From Eledone cirrhosa (Eukaryota), in contig OZ024740.1 of NCBI GenBank assembly GCA_964016885.1, forward strand, positions 248,248,001 to 248,312,000: a stretch of DNA of 64,000 bases. The letters run 5' to 3'. Shown here one piece after another: positions 40,019 to 54,484 of this stretch. The notes below the pieces were generated by a model that made no database searches, had not been told where the DNA came from, and saw only the letters and a program-made list of their open reading frames with translations. The position numbers and the translations under genes were made by a program. How positions within the stretch are numbered: the stretch's first letter is position 1; each line of letters starts with the position of its first letter.

Positions 40019-40646
40019 GGTTTTCGTCTGGAGCAAATTTTATCACTGGGGTGTTATCATAAAAAAAACACCCTAAAAAACCCCTACTTCCACTTTTGTC
40101 AGGCCATTGGCTGTTTTTACTCCACGTCATCACAAATTCTGGTCAGTATTTACTGCCACACGTTTCATCAACCATTTTCTGTCCGACACATTTCGATGGA
40201 GTCATGCTGGGTTCAGTACTTCACACGTCTGCTCACACTTCAGAGTAAGCACCCACACATACTAAAATACACACATAAACACACACACACAGACACATAC
40301 CTATCTATGCATACACATACGTACGCCTACATGCGCAGACACACACACCCCACATACATACATAAAAGTATATATACACACACCCTCTCTCCCTCACTTC
40401 CACGGACCTAGTCACACCCACTTGTTGATCCATATCGCCACAAGCCTTTTGACGGCTGCTTACTTCGCGCCCTGTATCAGTTGGGATAAGCATAGCATAC
40501 TCACACATACACATATATACATATATACACACAACCGTAAATTAAAAGTTAAAAATACATTATGCAATAAAAAAAACAATATACCATAAAATAACGGTAA
40601 ATTATCGTAACATAAAAAAATATACAATGTAATATAATATACAATA

Positions 40647-40715
<69 letters not shown>

Positions 40716-41672
40716 TACATATACGGATATATATAAAGGATATGTGATAAAGTAATACAAGAATAATAGTAATAATAAAAAGCATATATATTCCATATAT
40801 AATCATCCGCACACATTCCTATGAGATGCACATAAACACATACATGTATGCACAAATACACATACACACATATAGAGGCTCACATATGCATGCACCCGCA
40901 CGCACACATATATCCATATATATATATACACACACATATATATACACACACACTTACCCCCCCCCCCCACACACACACCTACTCATACGTGGCTATACGT
41001 ACATACTCACACATACATAGACATATATATATATCCCACCTAAAACCGGGGGTTATTTCCCTTGCGGGAATTAACACGTGATAACTATAGATGCGATTAG
41101 CAGCCATATGGAGCAGCAACATAGAATTTATCACTCCGATCCTAGGCAGAACGAAATACCTGTTGATAAACTGAATCCTCCGTTCGATCACCAATACCAT
41201 GAGCTTGCCATTCACGTAAGTCTAATATTTGATTTCGGATTCAAAGAAACACTTTAAATAATTGTTCGTTTGATTTGTCCAGGTGTACTTTTCTCAACCT
41301 GATTAGTTCTATCGTTATTTTGGTATATATTGTGTGTTAGTTTCGCCTACCACAATGTTCGATTTGTCAAGCTATTTAAACGTATGTTATTACTCTGAGG
41401 TCCTATCTTATCGAGTGCTTTGCTAACTCATCATTTCATATAAGTAGGCCGAATTTACTTGAAAACCGCCAGAGGTTCGATTTTACTGATTTCCAATTAT
41501 ATATATATTGTTATACTTTGGGAGGGTCATGTTGCCAATAAGAAACACACGCACCAGTTGCTTTCACTTCAATTTATTATATATTTATAAATTTACAAAT
41601 TTACAAATCTACAAACTTATAAATTTCTGGTTGGTTGGTTGGTTCCACAACCAGATAGTTGTTTATATATAT

Positions 41673-41717
41673 AGTCATAGTCCTTTCGTCACACACTCTG
41701 TGACCTCTTCAGTGACT
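41673..41717 (-). ncRNA. Type I hammerhead, canonical core (H7)
   Basis: AGTCA-CTGAAGA-g-GTCACA gagtg TGTGAC-GAAA-GGAC-TA-TGACT, running directly into a TA tract. Confidence 0.85.
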
Positions 41718-41823
41718 GGGGATGCCTTTCTTCGTTTCTGTGCCTTTCCTTTCTTCTATCCTACGCCATTTTGTTTCTGTGTGTGTGTTGTGTGCTCAGT
41801 TTGCGCATGCGCCACATCCACAT

Positions 41824-41885
<62 letters not shown>

Positions 41886-42312
41886 TATACATATACACAC
41901 ATACACCCACATTCCGCCGCATATGTATATACATGCACATGTCTGCACATACACGCGCGTATAAGCTCATGCACACACGTACCCATGCCCATACACACAC
42001 CCCGACACCCACCCACGTATATATATATACATACACATCTACACGCACACACCTACATATACCCACGCACAGGTCCACACATAAAAAAACACACGAATAT
42101 AAACACAATATGATAATAAAGTAAAATAAATAAATAAATAAATTTACAATATTTTAGGGTACATTAAAATCTGCATGTAACTGCATAAATAGGTACAAGA
42201 AAAGAAGGGGTAAAAAATATATATATGCCGGCTGCGCACTCTATGCTCCTTCGGAGCAGAGTATGATAATATGGAAAATGAAGAATCAGTGATGCATCGG
42301 AACTCATTTATT

Positions 42313-42403
42313 ACTATTACAGTTGTCTCCGGCGAACAGCTCGAGGTGCGATCTGTTGGTGGATCGGACCTGACTCTGGGTTCGCAAGTTCCCCAGATAC
42401 GTC
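42313..42403 (-). ncRNA. Degenerate H1 hammerhead
   Basis: GACGTAT-CTGGGGA...GAGA-CAACTG-TA. Two core substitutions. Confidence 0.55.
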
Positions 42404-43605
42404 TGTTGGTTTCAAAGCAGGATCTCTTTCTAAAGTGTTCCGATCTTCCGAGTCTATATCGTCTGTCACACAAATATGTGTGTGTGTATGTATATAAATA
42501 TGTATATGTGTGTGTGTAGGTAGGTAGCTGTATGTATGTACACATGTGTGTGTCTGTGTATATACACGCATATATGCATGTGTGGGTATGTGCCTCTCTG
42601 TGTGCCTCTCTTTGTGTGACTGTGTTCGTCTGTGTATATATTGATAAGTGTATATGAACGTGTAGGTACATACGCGAACGCAGGCTCTATCTGTATGTGT
42701 CTTCCCGTGTGTGTGTGTGAGTTTGTACGGGAGTGTGTGTAGGTACACATAGCAATAATTTTGAGAGTGGGACGAATATGAATGACAGCTCACGACTAGA
42801 TGGTCAGTGGGCAGATTTCAGTGGCCAGAACTGTGATGACGTCACAAACCAGTGACCAACCCAAAGGACGCGCAAACAGGATGAAGACAGACGATATAGA
42901 CTCAGAAGATCGGAAGACTTTAGAAAGAGAACCTGCTTTGAAACCAACAGACGAATGATATATAAATAATGCTTTTTCTAATAATAGTAAATAATTTACA
43001 TATAATTGAAGCTCTAGTGTGAATTTATCACACATCCTGGTTAGGAGTTATCTCCCTTTCATCTTAAATTATTTGTTTACTTCCTATCTCGTAAAACATT
43101 TTATAATTATGGCTGTCGATGTATTGATTCCAAATTTGTTAACAGATGGTATGATGGGACCTCTTCTGGATGATATCCATTGTAGTTTCCTTTTGGTAAA
43201 ATTACTAGTATTTGTTTCACACTTGATGTAATCGTTCCTAGTGACATATTTTGAAATTTGTCTATATGTTTTGAAGGATCTGATCGTACTAGCTCTTAAT
43301 ACCACCTGTGTCTATTGATTGATATTATGTACGTTTATTGATTGAATTTTGACCTCTTCCTTCGAAACCATTGTCAACTAATAAACACTTCTTCGTGCAT
43401 TTCGGTTGAATTTCTTTAATTATAACTTTGATATTTACATTCTGCCTATATATTTAATACTTGGCTTAAGCTTTGTTTTGCCCCCTCTAAACACTTGTTT
43501 TGTATGCTATATTCATTGAGCACACCGCCCTCCTTGCTACTGGCATTTAATTTTTACGAACTAATCTTTACACTCTTTTCTTGGATTGGACTGTATTCTT
43601 ACCTA

Positions 43606-43704
<99 letters not shown>

Positions 43705-43947
43705 GAATATTTTAGTATCGTGAGAGAGTAGAGGTTTAAAGGGATAAGCGATACATATAGTTAGTTGCCAATAGCTCTGCATTTGTGCTCAATACTTGTG
43801 CCTACAGGGTTAAATATGGGAGGCGTTAATATTTAGTGGGCGAGAATATAAGCGGAGCGGTTACAAATGAAGGATTACAAAGGAGAATACATACTGTTAG
43901 AACATGTTTATACAAAAGCACCTACGTACGTTTCGCCCGAAAAGGCT

Positions 43948-44281
43948 TATAGCGTGAAGTACTGGGTTGTATGAATGTAACAAGGAATACATTGTTTGTG
44001 TAGATAATATTTAATTAACAATGGTAGATAGTATAGTTGAGATGTCAAAGCAATAGATGATAGAATGAAGCAAAGTTAGTAGTTACCGTTTTGATTGCCA
44101 GGCAAACGCGGCTGGCAGAAGACGCCTGGCGAAAGCCAGGCGCCGGAAGGGCAATGAGAGGCAGAGAGCCGAAAGCTATTCGTTTTATAGGGCTCTGACC
44201 GGAAGTTACAGAAAGGGTTCTACTTCCCGTCTAGATGTTAATCTATTGGTGTTGTGAGTCACAAGGGAGACAACCGCTACA
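43948..44281 (-). mobile_element. Solo LTR (family B relative)
   Basis: TATAGCG...CGCTACA, TSD GGCT, homologous to 12197-12562. Confidence 0.92.
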
Positions 44282-44679
44282 GGCTTCTCAAGGGCATACA
44301 AATCTAGAGAGTGTTCAGTATAGAACCCAGTAGGGGTTTTAAGAAGATAATCACATCGAAGTTCATTCTTGTTTCAAACAGACATGGTTGTTATTATCAC
44401 AGAGCAAGGGGAATAACTCTGACCGGTGGGGAGTAAATCTTAGATCCGGCTGGACTAGGCAGCAGTAAAGTGGCACCCATAAAACAATAGTGGAAAACAA
44501 CCATCATGTGAACGGATAATAAGCCATTTAGGGACATTTATTCAAATACCGATCAGAGTTACGCCCCTTGCTCTGTGACAATAACAACCATGTCTGTTTG
44601 AATCAAGAATGAACTTCGATGTGATTATCTTCTTAAAACCCCTTCTCGGTTCTATACTGAACACTCTCTAGATTTGTAT

Positions 44680-44720
44680 GCCCTTGAGAAGCCTTTTTCG
44701 GGCGAAACGTACGTAGGTGC
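44680..44720 (+). ncRNA. Type I hammerhead, U3-A8 variant (H8)
   Basis: GCCC-TTGAGAA-GCCT ttttc GGGC-GAAA-CGTACG-TA-GGtGC. Palindrome ACGTACGT. Confidence 0.8.
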
Positions 44721-44782
44721 TTTTGTATAAACATGTTCTAACAGTATGTATTCTCCTTTGTAATCCTTTCATTTATATATAT

Positions 44783-44829
<47 letters not shown>

Positions 44830-44979
44830 CAAGGGCATATTTAATTTGTTGGTAATTCAACAAATATATTTATAACATATTCGAAGCACTCGACAACTTT
44901 TCTGAAGTATAATATCAATGATATTAATAAATGGAAACTATATTTATAAAACCATATTCATTCTTTTATATATATTTGG

Positions 44980-46895
44980 ATAGACTATCCAAACGGAACT
45001 GGAACCATTAAGGTCTGATTCCTGGCAACCAGACTTCTACACAATATAGTAACCGGCAAGCAAACATCCAGAATAAATGTAACTGTAGAATTAATAGAAC
45101 TTGCCCCTTAGGTAATAATTGCTTAACCAAAGACATCATCTACTCATGCACTGTCAACGCAAACAGCTCTTCTAAAACATATATTGGCTCTACTTCGAAC
45201 TGCTTCAAGACGAAATACAACTCGTACCTCCACTCTTTCAAAAAACACAATCTAGCCAACTCCACTTCTTTATCTAGCTACGTACACTCTCTGAAAACTA
45301 GGAATAGACCATTTACACTTAAATGGGAAGTAGTAGGTAGGGCCACATCGTATAAACCACCGAATAGATTGCGTAATCTCTGTCTTCTAGAGACTCGTAC
45401 TATAATATTTTCGAAACTAGACCTCCTAAATAGAAAGTCAGAGATATTTTTCTCATGCCAGCACCACTACCGACACTCGTTCCATAACTTTAAACCTAGC
45501 TGCTAGTATATAACAATGTCAGATTTGAAATCATCACCACCATTAACACTTCACATCTAGGACTTATCAGCCCCCACAGCAACACACTCTTAGATCAGCT
45601 CTTTCCTCTACGCAACTATTTATCTCTAACCTTATACACTACAGTAACTGCTAGAATTAAGCATAAAGTTACCACCTTTTGATATAACTACTATAGCTTA
45701 AGAGTATTATATACAGTAATGGATATATAATATGTAGAGACATTTGATGTAATATGTAATAATAAATTATATATACATTTATAATTAAATATTCAAATTA
45801 ATAGCATGTAGGGATTTAATTTTAACACAATATAATAATAATAAAGTATATATACATTCATAATAAAATATATAAAGTAATAGCATTGTATATAAGGGAT
45901 TAACTTTTAACACAATAATGTATATATTACAAAATGATATAACTACTTGGTCATGTAAACAGCTATACAATTTTTCCATAACATATATCTTGTCCAGTAG
46001 ATAACAATCTAAAGAGACCTTTAATGTATTATAGGAAAATACACTGTATTTAAAATTAGGTATAAATATATAGCATTGTGTAATAGAGATTCACTTGTAT
46101 CACATTATAATGTGTATTAGAGCAAAGAATTTAAATAATAGAATTTATTAGCTAGTTACCTTCCCTTACGCATTAACTCCCCTTAATCTTGGATCACATA
46201 CTCACTTCCGGAAATTAGACCGTTGGAAAAACTACCTGTTGAACAACACTAATTCAAGAATAAGAATAAAATAAGACTAATTTACAATCCATTGCTTTAA
46301 CTAACTTAAAACATTCAATATAAACATTAACTAAAATATAATTCAACATTTGTAATGGAAAAGATTGCAGTAACTTTGTTTTTCTCAACACACACAAATT
46401 CGAACACTATCAACTTATTACATCCGCCATAGATTTTAATACATTAACACATTTGCTTACCATATAGTATTTATTTATCTATATATGCATAATACCTTTG
46501 CTTATTTCCTTCTCATATATATGACTAACGCATGTGCACTTTCTACTCGCTTGCATATGTACTGCTAATGTACTATTCCTCTCTCAATGCTTCTTTCTCA
46601 ATGACTCTTTAATTATTAGACTATTCTCTTGTATTATCTGTTGCATGTATTCCACTCTGTGCTTTTAATTGGAATTATTGTTTGATATATGTCGCATCCA
46701 GTACACCCTATAAATACGAAACTGTTGCTCACAACATCAATATATACGTATCTATATGATTGTTCAGTTGAATTAGGAGGTTAATTATATGTACACACAT
46801 TGATAATGGTCCGATGACTCCAAACTAAAGTTTGGAAGAAACGATTGTCAACAATTAAATGATTTGAACACAACTTTGATAATTGTCTACTTTTA
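44980..46895 (+). mobile_element. Hydra-like PLE 3' part (EN relic ~45075-45506, long 3' UTR)
   Basis: tgtaactgtaga...tgccccttaggt (CNCR..CPL); YIGSTSNCFK. Paralog of 2821-3303. Ends at (TA)n. Confidence 0.85.
46806..46854 (+). ncRNA. Type I hammerhead, C4 variant (H2)
   Basis: CCGATGA-c-TCCAAACT aa AGTTTGGA-a-GAAA-CGATTG-TC. Stem I imperfect. Confidence 0.72.
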
Positions 46896-47021
46896 TATAT
46901 ATATATATATGTATGTATATATGTGTATGTGTGTGTGAATGTATATATTTATATATGTATATACACCTACATTTGTGTATATGTTTTTAGACGTGTGTAT
47001 GAGTGTTTGTGTGTATGTATG

Positions 47022-47118
<97 letters not shown>

Positions 47119-47272
47119 GAGGAAGTTGTAGTTTACTTAAAGCATTGCGTAATGAGGTATAAACGTTTGGAGTTGGAAGGCCAAGACAATGTAGGTATGG
47201 ATATAGAATATAAATGCAAATGCAAAAGATATTGTTGACAATTAGTCTTTTACCTTAAATTTATTTAAATAT

Positions 47273-47307
47273 CCTTAATTTTCGAGATAATATCTCTTCT
47301 TCGGAGG
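47273..47307 (-). ncRNA. Minimal hammerhead, C4 variant, in pLTR
   Basis: CCT-CCGAAGA-a-GAGAT att ATCTC-GAAA-AT-TA-AGG. Palindrome AATT. Confidence 0.72.
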
Positions 47308-48109
47308 GAGTTAAAGGGGTTAATCCAGTGTTCTAATTAGCTTGCCAAGTCATGCTGACAGGAAATGGTATAGAGATTCCATTCTACCTCTAATGTCAAA
47401 GAGTGAAGGTTAGGTGGATAAAGAGTTGTCTCCCTTTAAAAGGGGTTTTGTACATGTATGTTTAAGTATGTGGGAGAATACGTGAAGGCGTAAATATGCG
47501 TGTGTGTGTGTGTGAGTGTGAGAGGATATGTCTATATGTAAATGTGGGAGCTAGATGCTCTATCATGTTAAAACTAGTCTTTGTGTGTGTATGTGTGTGT
47601 GAGAGAGAGAATAAGTAGAGGTGTAAGCGTGTGTGTGTGTGTGTGTGTGCGTGTGCGTGTGTGTGTGTGAGGGGGGGGGGTGTAAGTGTGGGGCTAGGTG
47701 CTCTATCATGTTAAAAAATGGGTGTTGAGTTCAAGTCTATTATTGATTGGTGGTTGTGTTTTGTCTATAATTAGTGCTTCCTTAATTCTAAGATTGCTGA
47801 GGTTTCTTTCCTTAACTTCTATCCTAACTGTTATATTTTTGTCGGTGTTTTTGCATTTCACTAGGTGTTTCTTAAATGAGGAAGCGTTAGTATTCTTATA
47901 TGGAGTGGTCTGGTGGTGCTACCTACGTAGAAATTGCTGCATTTGTCGCACTCTAATCTGTATACGACGTAAGCCTGGTGGCATAGGTCTGTGTCGTCGA
48001 TGGGGCAGTTGGTTAGCCTGCAGCGGCTGTCATGTCTGGTGGAATGTCTTTTGGTTAGCTGTCCGCGTAGGGAAGGTCCTGAGTGGGCTAATTGGATATC
48101 TAGTCCCTC

Positions 48110-49237
48110 TCATCTGATAGCTCTGCGGATGGCTGTTGTTGTTTCGTCGCTGAAGTGTGGGAGCTTCAGGAAGCAGGTGTTAGGGCCTCGGGTGTGGTGT
48201 CCTCTGTTGTTTCTGGCACAGTTCGCGGTGGACGTCGGGTATCCGTTCAGTTTAAGTACTTCCAGGAAATGTGTGGCGTATGTGTCTCGGTCTCTAGCAT
48301 CGATGCATTTGTTCCGGATACGTGTTAGTTCGTTCCTTATGTATCCGAACTTAGCGCTGGCTGGGAGGGCCGATCTGAAATGTACGAACAGGACTCTGCT
48401 GGCGGCTTTTTTATAGAAGCAGGTGTGGATGTTGCCTTCCTCTGTTACCCTGAGTTGGAAGTCCAGTAGGGATAGGGATCCGCTGTCATCGGGGTGTTCG
48501 ATGCTGAACTTTATACTGGCGTCCATGCTGGAGAATGTTGTGTATATTTTATCCGCTTCCTCACGGGATGATGTAAGGATGAGTATGTCATCTACATATC
48601 GGGTGAAGAAGGTATAGGAATGGCAGGTGTTGAGGGCTCGGCATTCTAGCTGGTTCATATAGTTGATGGCCAGCAGGCCCGATAGGCTGGATCCCATGGG
48701 TAATCCTGTTGTCTGTCTGTATGTGTGGTGGTGGAAGGTGAAGTACGTGTTGTCTACTGTGAAGGACAAAAGCTGGTGTATGTCCGTCGGATGGAGGCCG
48801 TAGCAGTGGATGTCCTCTGCGACCACGCAGTCCGTAAATAAATCGACAGCTGGATGAGCGGAGACTGTAGTGTAGAGGGAGACAACGTCGAGGCTAAAAG
48901 CGTATCTATTTAATTTAAGTTGTTCTGGCTGGAGTTGGTGTAGTTTACGTATGACCTCATCGGAGCTACTGACATGCCCGGGAAAGGTGAAGAGTAGAGG
49001 CTTGAGGACCTGGGAGAGGAGCCAGGAGATTTTGTATAGGGGTCCTTCTATGCTAGAGACGATGGGTCTTATTTGTGACTTAGTACTATTCTTGTGGGTC
49101 TTGATGAGGTGATAGAAAGTGGGCAGTCTGCTATTTCTAGTGGTGTAGTTGAACTTAAATTTATTTGCGAGTTGTCTTCTCCTACAGATGTCGAACCAGA
49201 TGGAGTTGGCCTGTTTTTCGATCTGGGCTGCAGTCAT
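48110..49237 (-). pseudogene. PLE reverse transcriptase core
   Basis: FYHLIKTHK; IRPIVS; SLDVVSLYT; GLPMGSSLSGLLA; RYVDD; SLLDF. Confidence 0.92.
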
Positions 49238-50321
49238 GTCCGGGATCTCTGTATATAGTTCGTTGTCGCTTAGGTGTTCAAAGGCTAGGTTGTTGTATGT
49301 GGCTTGAGAGATGACACAAAACTATTTACCTTTGTCGGATGGTAAGTATATGAGTTCCCTATTCCACGGGTTCTTCAGGGCGAGTTGTTGTGTCCTGGAG
49401 AGGTTTGGGGCTATCTTCTTCTGTTTCCGTAAGATGTTAAATACGGAATGTTTTAGCCTCGAGAGTTGTTCTTCCAGCTCGCGGTTGGCAGGCGGTGTAC
49501 AGAGTGGGCGGTCCAGTTGGTATATCGGGAATCTGGCTGTGTTAGATTCCGTGGTGTTGTTGCCGAGGGTCGATATTCATTTTAGTTGGTAGGCAGCCCG
49601 ACAGAAATTCGTTTCTATGTCGAGCCATGATTTGTCGTCCAGTCTCTGTTTCAATATGAACTTGGGACCTAGGCTGAGGAGGTCTAGTTCATCTTGGGAG
49701 AGGGATCCTGTCAAGTCTGTGACGAGGTGTTTTGCGTCAGGTGTGTTGTTGGTCGGGGCGCCGCTAGGTTCGATGTTGGTACCGTCTTGTTCGCCTCTGT
49801 TGGTGCTTAGAGTTGGGTTGTTGTTAAGACGGGTTGTTGTTAAGACGGTCAGCCGTGCTGAGTTTGAGAAATTTTTGCGTTAGGCGTATTTTCTCGTAGT
49901 CTCGGCGATGGTGGTATGACCTGTCTATAGCGGCGGAAATTACTCTGGGCAGAGGTTCTAGGATTTCAGCGAGTTGTGGTACAAGGCTGGAAATAGTCCG
50001 TATGTGTTGTTGTAGCGTGCTGTGTCGGTGTTGTATAAGTTTTCTTAGGCAGAATTTTTGTATGTAGCTAAGTGATCATTTGAGGCCTGGTGATTTGAAG
50101 CATGTTGGTAGGTGCAAGTTTTTGATAGTTTTGGGGATGATGTTATTCAGGCATCGTTTGAGGAAGTTTATTTGGCAGCCGGCTTTGGCGCGCTTTTCAG
50201 ATAGCTGGAAGAGTTTCTTTACAGTTGTAAACTGGGCCTGGCTCAGGCGTAAGGAAAGGCGGAAGCATTGCGTAATGAGGTATAAACGTTTGGAGTTGGA
50301 AGGCCAAGAGAATGCAGGTAT

Positions 50322-50384
<63 letters not shown>

Positions 50385-50567
50385 ATTAAAAAAATAATGA
50401 ATAAAACAATGAAACAGTTCCTTATATTAAACAAAAAAAGTTCATTATTTAACGATCGTTTCTAGGACATATATGTGTTAGAATTGGCATGCATATTCAA
50501 CAGATCTATGTACAAAATTATACAAAATTATACAAACTATCAAATTTAATATACATACCAACACATA

Positions 50568-51664
50568 TAAAAATTGATAAAAATGCGACCTTCTATAACG
50601 AAGCTCTAGATAGAAGTGGCCACAAAAATAGATTAGAATATATACCTTCTACTAAAAATACTATAAACATACAACCTAATATTACCAACAAACACCAAAT
50701 GAAAAGTACACACCTAAATGCCACCCACACTATACCCCAAAATAGCAACAACTCCTCTAATATAAAGTATAGTAACTCTCAAAAAACTACTCATCATACA
50801 ACTCTAATAAATGTTAATAATAAAACTCCTAATAAACAAGATAAAACACCTAAATCAATAAATCTAACTAAAAATGTGCGTGGTGAGGTCATTAACATTA
50901 ATCCTCCTAGTAAACATCACGATACAACCTATAAAAATAATAAACAACATAGAAACCGTAATAGACGAGTTACTTGGTATAATGCTCCATTTAATTTACA
51001 AATTAAGGATAATATTGCTAAAAAATTTTTTTATATCCTAGAGAAAAACTTCCCGCCAAACCACAAATACCATCAAATCTTAAATAGGTCAACAGTTAAA
51101 TTCTCATACTCAACAACCAAAAACATAAAACAAAATATAGGTGCATATAATGCATATAAATGTAAAAATACCATAAGTATACCACCAATACATCAAACTA
51201 ACCATAATATCTCCTCAAATACAGAATTAACGAAAGGTTGTAACTGTAGAAACAAAGCAAACTGCCCATTAAAAGGAAATTGTCTTGTTAACAACATAGT
51301 TTATAAATGTAATGTTAAAACTAAAGATTCTATTTGCTCATATATAGGAGCTACTTCTAACAATTTTAAGGTAAGGTTTAATACCCACAAACATAGTTTT
51401 AAAAATGCCGCACTGGCTAATACAACATCTCTAGCAGAAAAAATTAATAGTTATAGAAATAAGAATATAGAATATGATATGACCTGGAGTGTGCTCAAAA
51501 GAGCCACCCCTTATCAAAATAATAGAAATGAATGTAGATTATGTTCCCAAGAACTATTTGAAATAATGAAATCTAAGGATATCCTATTAAATAAGCGACA
51601 GGAATTAATTATATCGTGTAATCATAAACTGAGAAAAACATTTAAATATTATAAACCTAATTAA
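50568..51664 (+). pseudogene. PLE RT-thumb/linker and GIY-YIG endonuclease
   Basis: FYNEALDRSG; RRVTWYNAPFN; NRSTVKFSYS; GCNCRNKANCPLKGNCL; YIGATSNNFKVRFNTH; CRLC; LLNKRQE..CNH. Confidence 0.9.
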
Positions 51665-52520
51665 TAATATATATTTTAGAAATTAATATATAATTTAATT
51701 TAAATGTTAGTTAACCTATAAATTTAATTTAATTAAAATTCTACTACAGATGAGATTATAAAATATTGTGTAATCATAAATTGTGAAAAACTTTTAAATA
51801 TTATTAACATAATTAATATATACTTTGTAAATTAATTTATAGATTAATTTTGGATTATTTAACCTTTTATTAAAATTCCTTTACAGATGAAATATAACAA
51901 AATATCGTGTAATCAATGACAGAAAAATATTTTTTAATATTATAAACCTAATTAATGTACAATTTAGAAATTTATTTATAAATTAATTTTAATTTAGTTA
52001 ACCTATAATTTTAATTTAATTAGCTTAAAATTAAAATTCTAATACAGATGGATTGAAGAATATCATGTAATCATAAACTGAGATAAATTTAAAAATATAT
52101 ACCTAATTTATATATTCTTTACAATTAAATATATATATATATATATATATTAATTTTAATTTTTGTTAACATATAATTATATTCTACTATAGATAAAATA
52201 CAAAATCTGCTTTAATTATTATAAACCTAATTAACATATACTATAGAAATTAATATATAATTTTTAATTTAGTTAACCTATAATTTATATTCTACTACCA
52301 ATGAAATACTTGATTTTGTTTTCCCTATTACTAAATTCATTTCCTAATATTGATACCATAATGTTAATATTTTTAATTTAGTTATGCTATAATTAATACT
52401 CTACTACTGTTTAACTTCAAAATTCCGCTTCAAATATTATAAACCTAAGTAGTATACACCTTAGAAATCAATATATTAACTATTTTTAATTTAGTTAACC
52501 TATAATTAATAGTCTACTTA
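51610..52520 (+). repeat. Degenerate tandem repeats of the ORF end and start of the UTR
   Basis: ATATCGTGTAATCATAAA...TATTATAAACCTAATTAAT...TTAACCTATAA recurs about 6 times at ~140-220 bp spacing. Confidence 0.75.
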
Positions 52521-52565
52521 TATTAAAATGCATAATTTTGCCTTCTTTCTTACATTTCCTAATAC

Positions 52566-52689
52566 TGAAACTACTATGTAAACACATATTATGATCTAAA
52601 TGCAGATTAATATTCTATGTTCCTTGAAACTACTATGTAAACACATATTATGATCTAAATGCAGATTAATATTCTATGTTCCTTGAAAC
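52566..52689. repeat. 59-bp perfect tandem duplication
   Basis: TGAAACTACTATGTAAACACAT...CTATGTTCCT x2. Confidence 0.9.
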
Positions 52690-52858
52690 CTATATTTACT
52701 ATTTCCCACTAATAATTTTAATCCCCCCCCCTATAATTATTTGTATTTGTAAGCGTGGATGTATGTATGTGTATGTATGTAGGTATGTATGTTTGGGTGT
52801 TTGTATGTGAGTATAAAAATACATATGTGCGCATGTAAATAAGCGTGTATGATTGTTG

Positions 52859-52889
<31 letters not shown>

Positions 52890-53063
52890 ATATATGTATA
52901 TATATATGTGTGTATATATATGTGTGTATATATATGTCTATATGTATATGTGTGTTTGTATATATGTATGTGTGCGTGCGTATGTGAGTGTATATATATT
53001 TGTAGAGATGTGTGTATGTATATGTATATATATATATGTGTGCATAATTGTCTGACTGTGTGT

Positions 53064-53199
<136 letters not shown>

Positions 53200-53252
53200 G
53201 TGTATGTATATGTGTGTGTGTGTGTATATATATATTTATGTGTATGTATATA

Positions 53253-53293
<41 letters not shown>

Positions 53294-53675
53294 GTGTGTA
53301 TATATATCTCTTTATTTATGTATGTCTGAGTTGTGTGAGCGTGTGGTTGTATGTGTATATACATACATGGATGTGTGTATGTGTGTATATATACGTATAT
53401 GTATGTGTGTGTGTGTATATATATGTGTGTGTGTATGTGTATATATATATATATATATATCTGTGTATATGTGTGTGTGTATATATGTGTGTGTATGTGT
53501 ATATGTATATGGGAATGTATGTGTATATGTGTATGTACACATGTGTGTGTATATATATATGTGTTGTGAATATATGTATATATATATATATATGTGTGTA
53601 TGTATATGTGTCTATGTATTTATATATGTATATGTATGTGTCTCTATATATATGTGTATGTATATGTATGTATAT

Positions 53676-53720
<45 letters not shown>

Positions 53721-54331
53721 TATGTATATCGATGTGTATTTTATATTTTACTTGTTTTATATATATTTTTTTTAATATATTTCTTTTTATTTCTAAATTT
53801 ATAGATACATTTTATAAATGGGCAGTTGTTTGACACCCGTAAATACTGACCCCTTACCTACTTTCTGCATCTGGATGTAAATATATGTGGCAGTGCTTAT
53901 ATTATGTGTGCGCCTTAATGTCCATATGTTTATAATAATAATATATACATATGTGTGTGGGTGTGTGTGTGTGTGTATGTTCGTGGTTATGTGTATGTTT
54001 ATGTGTATATGCGCGTGTGTGTGTGAATGTATGTATATGTGTGTGTATATATGAATGTGTATATATGTTTATATACGTATGTGTATTTTATCTGTAGATT
54101 ATAAACATACAGAGACATTAGCCCTGAATTTTTGTATTTACATACATTTTTTCGACATGAGTATGCATGTGAACATATATTTTTATGCATCTGTGAACGA
54201 AGTTACTTACATATATACACACACCTAACTGTATTTTCTTGATATATTTTTGTGTATTTCATTGGTCAATTTGAACTCTGTTCCCAAACAGACCTGTAAT
54301 TTTGAATTGTTGTTATTATCAATAAATATAT

Positions 54332-54484
54332 TTCATTATTTCTGAAGACGGCATACGTATGTGTTGGTATGTATATTAAATTTGATAGTTTGTATAATTT
54401 TGTATAATTTTGTACATAGATCTGTTGAATATGCATGCCAATTCTAACACATATATGTCCTAGAAACGATCGTTAAATAATGAA
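54332..54484 (+). ncRNA. Type I hammerhead with 114-nt stem II (H9)
   Basis: TTCATTATTT-CTGAAGA-[114-nt rod]-GAAA-CGATCG-TT-AAATAATGAA. 10-bp stem I, palindrome ACGATCGT. Confidence 0.85.

Larger units (their letters stand above)
43865..44775. mobile_element. Head-to-head pLTR pair (H8)
   Basis: 43865-44428 (excluding the nested LTR) is inverted at 44549-44775. (TA)n on the right. Confidence 0.85.
47117..50330 (-). mobile_element. Near full-length Penelope/Poseidon-like PLE with direct pLTR repeats, inserted in (TA)n
   Basis: Direct repeat 47140-47205 / 50263-50328; RT ORF; GIY-YIG relic YVGSTTRPLHIR near 47895-47930; stops and frameshifts elsewhere. Confidence 0.92.

Noticed and set aside
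50489-50567. N-terminus of the 391-aa ORF as a real start
   Set aside because: It lies in the inverted pLTR fragment and is fused in frame by chance to a 5'-truncated PLE ORF.
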